Assembly: GCF_000143415.4 (NCBI RefSeq)
Contig: NW_003314339.1
Span: forward strand, 117,751 to 181,750
Source: Selaginella moellendorffii
Taxonomy: Eukaryota; Plantae; Lycopodiophyta
DNA: 64,000 nucleotides
Reading direction: 5' to 3'
Shown: positions 40,501-52,374 of the stretch, in pieces
How positions within the stretch are numbered: position 1 is the first letter of the stretch
Layout: each line of letters begins with the position of its first letter
Made by a program: the position numbers and the translations under genes
Notes under the pieces: model-generated
What the model was told of the DNA's origin: nothing
The model's database searches: none
What the model saw: only the letters and a program-made list of their open reading frames with translations

Positions 40501-40817
40501 CGGAAAGCAGCCTCAAACTCATCTATGGTAGACACTGGTGGTTTCTTATCCGCAACATGGGACTCCTCAAGCCAATTCCACCATCGAAGACCTGCATCAT
40601 GCAAAACCATCGGAATAGCCACTAAAGCCTCTGCATCTGGAGTTCCTCTAGCAGCCAAGAACTTCTTCACATTGACTAGCCAAGTGAGACATTCATCCAT
40701 ACCACCATCACCGGAAAAAGTTGGAATCTTGAGTCGATCTACCAAAGAAGGCTTACTTAGAGCGCTACCCCATCCAGCCTTGAATGTTTGTTGTTTTTGG
40801 AGTCTAGTTGACACCAA
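37590..40817 (-). mobile_element. Degenerate Ty3/gypsy gag-pol (gag, zinc knuckle, protease, RT, RNase H, partial integrase)
   Basis: IPTFSG gag; CHHCGELGHYKADC; DLILGMPWL; APVLLVKKKDGSIWMCIDY; MPFGLTNA; FLDNILVFS; CDVSGYALG; MDFITCLP..GQTERVNQ. Order PR-RT-RH-IN. Stops, frameshifts and an internal deletion near 38150. Confidence 0.93.
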
Positions 40818-42069
40818 TCACTGAAATAGTGACCATGCAATAGGAAGATACAGTAGCAGGAGAGAACTCCTTCAGCAGAAGAATATCCAAGGGATGAAGA
40901 AAGTCCATAGTAGAGGCAAGCCACTCTCATAGAAGTCTGTGTGAAAATCTCTATGGCAAAACAATGGTAGTTTGGATCTTAGCCTTCACCTTATAGTGCA
41001 GAATGCATTACCACCTCAATGGCTTTAAAACGTGGGCAGCCAAGGCTAGTGAAGCTGTGGCAAGATGCTTACCAAAAGCATCAGTGAAATTGATATTGAT
41101 AAACCTGGAGGTAAGTGGCCTTGCAGTGAAGGTGGCTTCATGCTGGAAGTCATAAGTGCCATAGTGCGATAAAATATAAAGCAAAATTGGCCAACTTGGT
41201 GTAAATCAGCAATGTGACCAAATGTGAAGTGTGTCTTTGAGGCATCCCATAAGGCAGGCTCCAAGATGCTATGTAACTGTAAATTTGATCAAGATGGAGC
41301 AACAATAATATCAAAGAAGATGCTTACCACCAATCATGCTTTGTGGTGAGAGTAGAGCTTGGGCAGGTTTAGATCTATTACACTCTTTCCAAGATGGAAA
41401 ATTTTGAAAACTACCACCAATATTTGGGTTTAAGCTTCAGCTAACACTAAAGAAAGAGCATTTAAATAAAGTTATATTTACCTCCAGGTTTGGTCAACAT
41501 TCTTCTAGTCCACTAAAACTTTATTTGGAGCTTGGAGAGAAAACTCACAACAATTCTTCAATTGAGTGTACAGTGTGTTCTTACCTATTGCAGCCATGAG
41601 AACTTGGGGAGTTTGTATGTACTACTTTGGAGAAGCCATTTCCATGTCCTCACATCAATTGTTTGGGAAGAGTTATCTCCAGAAGGTGAAAATTCCAGAC
41701 ATTTTTTCAAAAGTTGTTATTTGAACAATTGATAATAATGTGACTTGGTCAGAGTGATTAAGTGGAGAACACATTTAAGGTGAAACTCATAAATTTATTA
41801 TGAGTTCAAGAAAATAATCTTTAAAGAAGGACTTATGAAAAAGTCAAGAAATTAGACCCCAGATAGGAGCAAGACTCACTAAGGGGTTGGATTATAAATA
41901 AGTCCAAAAGAGAAAAACTCTTTAGAATGTTCTACCATGGGGTGGGTGGAACTTATTGTTGAGACTGAGGTATTGGGACAACCTTCCCTCACCAGATCGG
42001 GAATCATGTACATGATAATCGACTCTCCGCCCGCCTTAGTCCTTAGATTGATAAGAGTTAAAGTGTCTT

Positions 42070-43400
42070 TAAGTAAGGAACTCTTCCAGATGGGAAAGTA
42101 GAGTTTGTATAACAAATGTGTACATAGGAAGGTGTCGAAGACATATAGAAAATTGACATAAGAAGTCAAATATTAAAGTTTTAAAAGATGATCTTTATAT
42201 TAATATAATTTGAGACTACTCTGAAGTGGGTAGTAAAGTTGAGGTAAAAAAGTATCTCTAAAGGATTTAGTGGGATCTAAGTCACAAATACTTCACCTAA
42301 GTTATCAGTTAAAGAGTGCAGATTTGTAAGACATGATGAGCCTTTGGTGTTAGTTTGGTATAAAAAGATAAAAAAAGTTTACATAAAAAAATAGGTTATC
42401 AAAATATTGAACTTTGTCTATAGATGGTGGAATTGTAAAACACAAAGAACTAAATCCTGAAATTGAGCCGAATATGTGCCATGTGGCAGTGGCTAAAAGT
42501 CCAACAAGTGTAACACATTTGAACCAAAAACTTTAAATTAAAAAGTCAAAAGTGGGAGTGAAATTTCTAAAGAAGCACTTGAGAGATGAGCATAAAGCAA
42601 TATATAAATGAATTTTAGAAAGAAATGAAAGAATGATTGACATGTGGGAAGTGTTATGACATATGGAAGTGTCAAGATCAAGTCTAAGACCTAATTCAAG
42701 TTTGACTCCAAGATCAAACCCGAAATTGAGTCCAAGATAGAGCCCAAGGCAAAGCCCAAGACTAAGTCTGAGACTAAAACCAAGTCTAAAATTGAGTCTA
42801 AGACATAGTTTGAGACCAATTCTAAATTTGAATTTGAGATCAAGTCCAAAACTGAGCTCAAGACCGAATCTAAGACTAAGATTAAGTAGATTGAGTTCAA
42901 TATTGAGTTCAAGACCAAATTTGAATACAAATATAGTTTGTAGGGTGAAATCCTAAAGTGATATTTTCCTAGACCTTGAGGACTTGTAATTCCTTGTGGG
43001 ATAGTAGGGGAGGACTCCAAGGAAACCAATGTAGCTATACCTGAGTGGTGGGTGATAATATGAATACTGAGGAGTATAAAGTTAAAATGAACATAGTGTA
43101 AGTGACTAAATTTTTCATTTTATTTTAGTCACTTAAATACACTTTTGACTACTTGGAGTGTCACTTACAACCTTTATAAGTTCCATTCTAAACTTAGGGA
43201 CATACTAACCCCATGAATGGCATTTATGCCTTCAGCCTTTGCACTTGGTTCAAGTGCTGAATGCATTTGATCCCATGACTAACACCCCTAGGGTACCATT
43301 GACATATTAACCCATTACACTAAGGCCATGTCCATTCACACTTGTCTTATTAATAGTCTAAGACCACCCATGCTATAGTTTTTTCTCTCAAAGATTGGGC
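42070..43400 (+). repeat. Old repeat-family copy (LTR-like unit starting TGTAAAACACAAA at ~42435, with a degenerate hexamer array)
   Basis: Homologous to 52375-53100 (direct) and 53950-54950 (inverted). Segment 43097-43350 is homologous in inverted orientation to 53650-53905. Confidence 0.6.
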
Positions 43401-43494
43401 TATCTATCCATTGTAAGGAACCAACTTGCCGAGGTGTCGTAGGCTAAAGGAGCCCTGAAAGCATGACCAAAATGATAAAAAGTTCATCGGATGG

Positions 43495-43760
43495 GACCGA
43501 GTCTAAGATTGAGTCCAAGACCAACTCTAAGATCGAGTTCGAGATAGAGTCCGGAATCGAGTCCGAGGCCGACTCAGAGACCGAGTTCGAGACCGAGTTC
43601 GAGACAGAGTCCGAGATCCGAAATCGGGTCCGAGACCGAGTCCGAGGTCGGGTCTGAGATCGGGTCCGAGATCGAGTTCGAGATCGAGTCCGAGACCGAA
43701 TCCAAAGTCGGATCCGAGATCGAGTCCGAGATCGAGCCAGAGACTAAGTCCAAGTACTAA
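43495..43760 (+). repeat. Degenerate GAG-NNN hexamer tandem array (GAGTCC/GAGATC/GAGACC/GAGTTC)
   Basis: Visible periodicity. Related arrays at 42680-42940, 52605-52907 and, inverted, 54030-54320, each followed by a GGGGTGAAAGCCCAAAG-like motif. Confidence 0.85.
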
Positions 43761-44337
43761 TACGGGTCAAGGGGTGAAAGCCCAAAGCGTGCGTCTCCCA
43801 GAGGGGGGGTCTGTAGGGGGTTCCAAAAGTATAGTAGGGATAGTGAGGTCCAAGAACCAGTTTTGAAGGAACTCTCCAATAGGGCTTCCAAATCGACTTG
43901 AGGTTGGGACTGGGACCGAGGGGCCTTGGGTGGGAGTGAGCATGGACTTGGTTGGTGCTGGAGGGGCCATCCAAGGAAGTGCTCAAGAGCAGCTCCCACT
44001 CCCGAAAGGGAAACCGACTGCGGTGCTCCCGGCTCATGTGGAGTGGTGCCCCACTTGAGTACCATGCGGCTCATTGGTCCTCGCCCTTCCTAGGGGCTTG
44101 GACCTTCCCTTCGGGATGGAAGAGGGGGGGTAGAGGTACCCATACCGGGCCGTTAGGCCACGGTGTTTCGCCTCAGTGTCCCGAAGCAAGTGTTGCACCC
44201 AGGACTTGGGATTTAGAGGGTCCCATGATCAAGTCTTGTGGTACCAAGGGATGTTAGGAACCTGGAGGTTTGGTGTGCTTGGTTGCTTGTGCTTGTGGGG
44301 ACTGTAGCCAAACCATAAGTCCAGTCTAACCCGGGGA

Positions 44338-45474
44338 TGTCGCGAATGTGACTTCAGGTATCGAAAGTTACCTGTCGGCTAGTCCTTACGGACACTCTTA
44401 CCTTACTGCCACGATGGCAGGAGGTCGGTATTGCTGGGCCTGTTATCAGTCTCCGCCTAAGCTAATTGAGAAACTGGTCATCACATGTGCACTTAGACCG
44501 GAAGGGCACTAAGGAAGGAAATCCTAAGTTGTCATTTAGTCAAGCAGACTTGACACGGTGATGAGAAACTCATGATGTTGGCTTGCACTTGCTAGTGTTA
44601 GGAACCCCCGCGATATTGAGATTGGTCCCTCAATATCGCTAGATGATAGCTTACCGTGTCTGCCAAACACCCTCGCTATCATGCCCTTTGTGTTAGTCTC
44701 ATTTTGGTCCCAAATGCTATTTATGGAAAGTGTCCAGATTTGCTCATTTGGCATATCTGCGGAATGTAGAGATTGTCCTGAACACAATGGTGTTCGTCCC
44801 GTGCCCAAATTCGCAATCTAGGGACATTCCATATTTAGTAAGTTTCGAGCTTGTCCCAGAGACTAACTCCTGATACTAAGGGAGGCTTGGGGTGAAAGCC
44901 CAAAGCGTGTGTTCCTCAAGGGGGGGGGGGCTGTGGGGGGTTCCAAATGTATAGTAGGGATAGTGGGTAGGTCGGGCATGGCCGACCAACCTGAGGCATA
45001 ATCTAGCTCCCGCTTGCGTGCCTGTCCTTGTTCTGCGTCCGGCTTGGGTCTAAGCCCAAGTTCCATTCCATGCTAGTTGGTGGAGTACCCATATCCTCAC
45101 GTTAGGCCACCGGTATGCCGAAATAGCGCCAGACTCCGTTTGGCTCCGTTTTGTGTGCTGGTCCTGGCATTGGGATGCTGGTTGCTCCAGGACTGTTCCA
45201 AGTCGCTCCGAGCTCCTGTCCCTTCGCTCCTTGGGCTTTATGCTTGGGAGTTGCTCCGTGGTTCGGTTCCGTCACTCCTTGGCTCCATGCTTGGGAGTTT
45301 GGCACCGTTCCTTTGTTCAGTGGCCCAAGGCCCTGAACCTCGGGTTCTTATGGACACGTGGCATGTGACACGTGGCATCTGTCACGTGGCACAAAGAGGG
45401 TTTAGGCTCCGCTTCGTGGTGTTATCCTATGGTAAATCACCATAGGATAAAGGGTCAAAACCACGTGCGCTACA
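44338..45474 (+). repeat. 5' LTR
   Basis: TGTCGCGAATG...GTGCGCTACA, followed by the PBS. Confidence 0.92.
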
Positions 45475-48400
45475 TTTGGTATCAGAGGATGAGTCTCAGC
45501 GAGTACTATTCAATGAGATTGGGCAACTAGTCTCGTTGCATACGCAGAGATGAAAACGATGATCCGAGTGGGTACACGTTTGGTGCAAAGGTTTCACATT
45601 CGTTCCTTGGGTATGGTTTTGGTTACCTTTTGTACCTAATAATGTGAGCTTGCTCTTGGGCTCATAGGATGGATTTGAGATGCTCCGTTAGCACGAGTTT
45701 ACACTTGGGCTCGTGAGTGAGGCACATTAGCAACTCAAGGTTGCACTTTGAGTTGGCAGGATTAATGTTAGCCTATCGTTGGTTCCATGAGTTGTTCCAT
45801 GTACTGTGGGTGAAAGCAAACTTTCCCTGGGTTTGCTATGAGTAGCAAATAGGCTAGTCCATAGCTGTTTAGCATGGCACTAGTGGATCCTTCCTAGGCA
45901 TGATTACAAGTGGATCAACTAAGACTGTAGGGATTAGTCTATTGGTTCAAGTAATCATTGTCGTGCTCTCTCATAAACTTTTCTTAGATTGGACTGAAGG
46001 TAGTGCGAAAGCAAGCTTGAGGTTTAGTCAAAGATGAAACCGAAAAGAGAGTCATCAGGGACGAAGGGTCAAACACGTAAATCATCTTCTCTTCTTGGAG
46101 AGATGATTTGCAACAAGGTGTTAACTCATTGCTCGTGGTCATATTATGCAATCAAGAGTCCCTACTTTGATGCATCTTGGAGATGATAGTCTTACAAGTG
46201 GTGAGTTATGGGATGGATAGCGGTGAAATGCTAAACCATTGTGTCTAGGCTTGCTATTGGAAGACTGGAGTTGCAATGCTCAATTCTTTTCCGGGGAACC
46301 TTGCTATTGCTCCTTGAGTAGCTTGGTGTTGGATTAGTGTTGAGTTTGGTCGAAAAGAGAGTGGCATGAGTTTGTCCATGTTGTGAGCAAAAGTTAGTGG
46401 TGCTGAGTGTTGTAAATCTCTATCGGTGGAGTGTGACATTTATGTTGCATTTTGTCGAATCGAGTTTGCACTTCAGACTCACATGAACCTTTGAAGTAAT
46501 GATATAGACATTACTCGTGGTGTTGCTCAATTGATGATCAAATCATTGTGATTTCCATATCATATCCATGTGATAATGAGCAATGTGTTTACGAAGTTGC
46601 TTGGTTAAACAATGATCAACCCTAAAGTGGTTGATAGTGAAGCTAGTCTACTTGCACGAAGTAACATTGTAGTAGCTTTGACTGGATTCTCGATAATGGT
46701 CCATTATGCTAAGCTTAAGTTGGTTCCTTGTTTCCTTGAAGGTTTTGGAAAGGGTCGTAGCATTTATTTGCTATAGCTCATAAGTTGATCTGTTAACACT
46801 TGGAGTAGATTGTTGGATAGAGAAGGTGTGAGGTTGAGGCATTAACATTACTAGCACTTGTGTTAGTGGAAGTGGCATTGTTATTTTAAGTGATGAGGAA
46901 GTTTCCTTAGAGCTTGATTTTCCATGTCATTTTTTTTTTGTTGGTGTTTTAGCTTCATATTGGAACTTGAAGGTGGTTGAAGAAGAGTGTTAGTGCAATG
47001 TGGATATCCGAAGATGTGGTCTTCGTGATCAAGCCTTGGATGTTCCATTTGCATTTTACGGATGTCGGAGTTGAATGTCGAAAGAATGGGCAAAAAGATG
47101 TTCGAGGCTTAAGCATACTATGGGTTATGAGAATTTATGTTGAGGTGAGCCTATGTGAAGTTGTTAAGTAGGAGGAAGTTGGTTGAGTTTTGAAAGTTTG
47201 TATTCCTGGACTGAGAATCATTCTTTCTCTAGGATGGAAAATTTTTCCATAAATTTTCGTAGACTTTTCCAATGGCTGATCTGTTAATCATTTTGCTCGA
47301 AAACCATTCCGTTTTCATAAGCCAGTACAAACTAGTGAAAGGGTTGGAGTTGACTACAGTTAGCTTAGACCTTAGTATGTAGTTTGTATGATGCAGCCCA
47401 AAAGGGATGTTAACTTTTGGGGCTAAGGCAATTGAGTTGAATAGAGTCTGGAGTTGGTGTAGAAAAGTGGCTATTGCGCTTTTCTAGAAAGGTGACCCTT
47501 ATGCCTTTCTTTTGTGGCGTTATGCTTGGTGGCAGGTTGCACTTTGCATTTCGTTAGACTCTATGAGAGTAGTGAGCTCTCACTGATCTTGACTTGGTCT
47601 TGGTGGCCTTGCACCTTGGCTGAGGATGGTGATGTCCAACTTAGTTGTTTGAGTTTGAGATGTTAGTACCCGTACTATAGCTTTGTTTATAAGGAGGTTG
47701 TGTACCGATATGGATCCATCTCATGGTCTTCACTTTAGTTTCGACTGAGTGTTGATCATGTATAGCTAGCCTCTTCAAGGCATGCTCAGAGCTAGTGGCT
47801 AAATGCATTGGTGAGCTTATCACGGTTGAGTTGGATTCGAGTGGTCATTCAGTTTGTGCTTGTCCATGAACTTTTATCTCATACCGAAGGTATCACGTTC
47901 ATGTTGGACAAGTGTATAACTAAATGACGTGAGTTTAGTGTTTGGGTCTTGTGAAGGCAAGTTGAAGGGTGATTGTTGGTTGCTTTGCGACTAGTGATCG
48001 CTTGTAGACTTTGTCAAGGACTGTTAACACTTGCTTCACTCAATGATGATTTAGCAGTGATGGGTTTGCTTTACTGAATGGGGTTGCGGAGGATCGTGTC
48101 ATTAGACTTACATGGGTTTTCTATATTGGCATGACGACTCTACCTCCGTCGATATCATTTGGTTGCGTTTAGTTCGTGGTGTTGGATTTCATGGAGTCTT
48201 GGATGTGGTGATTCACTCCTTGAGGAAGTGTTATCTGTGACTGAGTATTGTTGAGAGATTGGTCTCGAATATTGAGTAAAGTATCTCCGACTTTGGTTAG
48301 CTTGGTTGCTAGAGAGCTTTGAGTGGTGACACACTCGTGCTTTCTTCTAGCTTTGTTCTAGTGTTGGTGGCACTGAAGTGATGCCTTGTCGTTGACATTG

Positions 48401-50448
48401 TTGATGTTGAGATTTCAGTGAAATGAGATGTCTCTCCGCAAGATTGATGTCGAGTTTCATTAGTCTCGATGAAGATAGTGTTGATGGTTTGGTTGTCGCT
48501 TGGTGTTATTGGCATTTGTACAATTACTAGATAGCAACTATATTGACGTTTAAATGAACTGAGTGGCAAGTTTGAGTTAGTTGTGTTCTAAACGAGGTTA
48601 TTTAGTAGGGGTTAAGCTTTGGCTTTTCCTTGAAAAGTGATTCAATCGTGGACCATGCTAACTCTACAAGCGGAAGAGTTAGTGATTGATATTGGAATGT
48701 TTGAATCCTTATTGGATTTGAGTTGGAATATATCAATCATTTGATGATTCTTCTTGTGCTTGTTATGAAGTGAGTTACGTCTTGCTATAGATGGATTCAT
48801 GGAAGATCGTTTGGTGATCACTTGTTGAGCATAACTTCGTTATACTTAGCTTTTGGATTGATGCAGGCATGCTCTTCATTAGCTTTGCATTATGAAGTTT
48901 GGCTTATGGATGTGTTGAGGAAGATGTTGTGAGTTGCATCACAATTTCTTCTTTAGCATTAAAGTTAGCTTCTATAAGACTTGTGATCATTATTAGGTAA
49001 GACTTGGCTATAGGCTTCTTCGAGCTTTTGGTTCTTTGAGTTTTGTGCTCATTGTTCCATTTGTTAGAAGTTGTTGGGGAAGGCATTTTGGCTCCTAGCT
49101 TCAATGTTGAAGTTAGTATTTGCATCTAGCAATCATTGGTGATGATTCACTATCATCTAGGGTAGTTGATTATCCTTATCACAAGTTTTGCTTGATTATT
49201 GTTGGTTTGGGATTATTTGCTATTCTTCGGGATGGTAGATTCTTTCTTCAACGATGATTATACATCACTACATTGATGGGATAATTGATGATTTTTCATG
49301 ATGGTTAGTTGTTCTCTTTGATAGCTTTTGGCTTTTTGCAATACCATATGTTCTTTGTGGTTTGCTCTGGATTGGTCTTTTGGGTTTGAGACATCAGTAG
49401 GATGTTGCTAACACTTGCTTAAGCAACTTGAGTTCCTTGGTATTGTTGGCTGGGATCTATTTGGATTAGCTTTTGTGATAGTTGGCAAGAATGAGTGTTT
49501 GTTGGTCTTACCGCATTCATTCTCTTTTGTTGATTGTTGCTCAAGTTTGTTCTGATAGATTGGAATGTTATTTCCTCCGGGTGATACATTCGCAAGCATT
49601 TTGCTTGCCAGTTGATGATACTTTGTGTTCTTTGAGTTTTCTTTGGTAAGTTGTTTGGCATACTATCTGCCATCTTCAGTAGTTAAGTTTTGTCATTGAG
49701 TTTTCTCAATGATGCGCTTGCTATTGAGTTTTGTTAGATGGTGATTCCTATGTTTCCCAATTATGATGATCTTGGTGGTTCCTATACTATAATACTAGTT
49801 TATCGGATGATAACTTACTTGGAATACTTTTGTGTTCTAATATAAGATATACTCACTGATAATTAAGACTCTAAGATATCATTGTTTATGACTTTGATAT
49901 TGTCCATCTATTGATCTTTGAGTTTGGGCCAGTATAGGCAGACTGGCTTCGGCACTTCGTGTGCATGTTGAAATCTCTAGTCATGGGGTAGCTACTGTCA
50001 ACTGGTCACATAACCCGCCTCTCTGTCGATGTTCCTTATTCCGTTGAAAGGGCGTGACCGTGTAAACAACTCTAACTGCCTGTTTACAGTAGTCTATCTA
50101 AACCTTACCGACGGGTTTGGTTTCTTTGCTTAGGAGGGTTGGAGCCTCTGGCTTCTCTCTCTATGTCCCTGCGGGCAGGGCATATCACACTTTTGTAAGC
50201 TGGGTGACTCCCAGAGCAGCAAGGGTGGCTAATTCCGTTGGTCATTTCCTTGTCGGTGACGGCCGGAAGGTGTCTGAGCTGGTAGCGCATCTGCGTTAGA
50301 CAAAGAGGTTGCCCCCTAACTCATTTAAATTGGTGCATTTCTCACATAGTGTGAGTACCGTGAACTTTTTCTGGAGTTGTTTCCTTGGTGGTATTCTAGA
50401 CTCGAGTATGCATCGACGAGGACGTCGATCTTCCCAAGGGGGGGAGAG

Positions 50449-51601
50449 TGTCGCGAATGTGACTTCAGGTATCGAAAGTTACCTGTCGGCTAATCCTTAT
50501 GGACACTCTTACCTTACTGCCACGATGGCAGGAGGTCGGTATTGCTGGGCCCGTTATCAGTCTCCGCCTAAGCTAGTTGAGAAACTGGTCATCACATGTG
50601 CACTTAGACCGGAAGGGCACTAAGGAAGGAAATCCTAAGTTGTCATTTAGTCAAGCAGACTTGACACGGTGATGAGAAACTCATGATGTTGGCTTGCACT
50701 TGCTAGTGTTAGGAACCCCCGCGATATTGAGATTGGTCCCTCAATATTGCTAGATGATAGCTTACCGTGTCTGCCAAACACCCTTGCTATCATGCCTTTT
50801 GTGTTAGTCTCATTTTGGTCCCAAATGCTATTTATGGAAAGTGTCCAGATTTGCTCATTTGGCATATCTGCGGAATGTAGAGATTGTCCTGAACACAATG
50901 GTGTTCGTCCCGTGCCCAAATTCGCAATCTAGGGACATTCCATATTTAGTAAGTTTCGAGCTTGTCCCAGAGACTAACTCCTAATACTAAGGGAGGCTTG
51001 GGGTGAAAGCCCAAAGCGTGTGTTCCTCAAGGGGGGGGGGGGGGCTGTGGGGGGTTCCAAATGTATAGTAGGGATAGTGGGTAGGTCGGGCATGGCCGAC
51101 CAACCTGAGGCATAGTCTAGCTCCCGCTTGCGTGCCTGTCCTTGTTCTGCGTCCGGCTTGGGTCTAAGCCCAAGTTCCATTCCATGCTAGTTGGTGGAGT
51201 ACCCATATCCTCACGTTAGGCCACTGGTATGCCGAAATAGCGCCAGACTCCGTTTGGCTCCGTTTTGTGTGCTGGTCCTGGCATTGGGATGCTGGTTGCT
51301 CCAGGACTGTTCCAAGTCGCTCCGAGCTCCTGTCCCTTCGCTCCTTGGGCTTTATGCTCGGGAGTTGCTCCGTGGTTCGGTTCCGTCACTCCTTGGCTCC
51401 ATGCTTGGGAGTTTGGCACCGTTCCTTTGTTCAGTGGCCCAAGGCCCTGAACCTCGGGTTCTTATGGACACGTGGCATGGACACGTGGCATGTGACATGT
51501 GGCATCCGTCACGTGGCACAAAGAGGGTTTAGGCTCCGCTTCGTGGTGTTATCCTATGGTAAATCACCATAGGATAAAGGGTCAAAACCACGTGCGCTAC
51601 A
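50449..51601 (+). repeat. 3' LTR
   Basis: Preceded by the PPT; same termini; 13-bp duplication at ~51466-51491. Confidence 0.92.
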
Positions 51602-52374
51602 AGGGAGGGGGATTGGGAGAGATTTGGGAATCCGTGGATGGATGGTTAACACTCTGTTGCTCATGCAGTGAATAGCTGAAACCAAGTAGGACCAAGTAGG
51701 AGCTGGTACCATATGCGAGAACCTTGGCGAGGGAACTTAGCAAAAGCCAAGGCAGTGTTGGACGGATAGACAAGGTGAGCTAGCAAATTGGAAAGGAAAC
51801 ATTTATGGCTTACATCCATGAGTAGTTATTCTAAGACCACACTTTAGCATCCTTAAGATGCCCGGAAACATGAGGAACACCTTTCCCCAATATCCCTCCA
51901 TCGGTCCCTACCAAGTCCCACTTTATCTACAGCAATGCTCATTAACACTGCCATTGAGTTAGGGCCTGAAGGCCCGACTACTAAGTCCTATTGACATCTA
52001 GGACTTCCTCACTAGGTGACTATGCCCTTGGTCACTACACAAGAGGACTATTCTTCTTCTTTTCCACAGTCCGGGACTTTAGGATGACATTTCGAGTCAC
52101 CGTAGCCATATGTGAGCTTTATGGGTACTTTCCCCACCTTCTGCCTTTGGGTGCCCTAGCTATGTGGTTAGAGTGAGGTTTCAATGAGTCATGCCAAATA
52201 TCCAAGTAAGTAGTGCCACCCACATTTAGATTGGGAGTATTGACCATTCGATTTCCCAAGAGAGTTAAAACCAACTTTTGAACACTTCACCAAGTTACCT
52301 CACTTGTCCATCTGTGTTCATTTTAGCCTTGGACTCTTCAATGATTATATTATTATCCACCACATAGGTATAGC

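Larger units (their letters stand above)
44338..51601 (+). mobile_element. Structurally complete non-autonomous LTR retrotransposon (LARD-like), ~7.3 kb
   Basis: TG..CA LTRs at 44338-45474 and 50449-51601, nearly identical. PBS TGGTATCAGAG at 45477. PPT AAGGGGGGGAGAG at 50436-50448. TSD GGGGA/AGGGA (one mismatch). The ~5 kb interior has no recognisable gag/pol ORF. Confidence 0.92.

Noticed and set aside
41040-41900. Possible additional decayed pol fragment
   Set aside because: Too degenerate to support any motif call by eye.
44536-45445. ORFs duplicated at 44.5-45.4 kb and 50.6-51.5 kb
   Set aside because: They are duplicated only because they lie inside the two LTRs, and show no recognisable domains.
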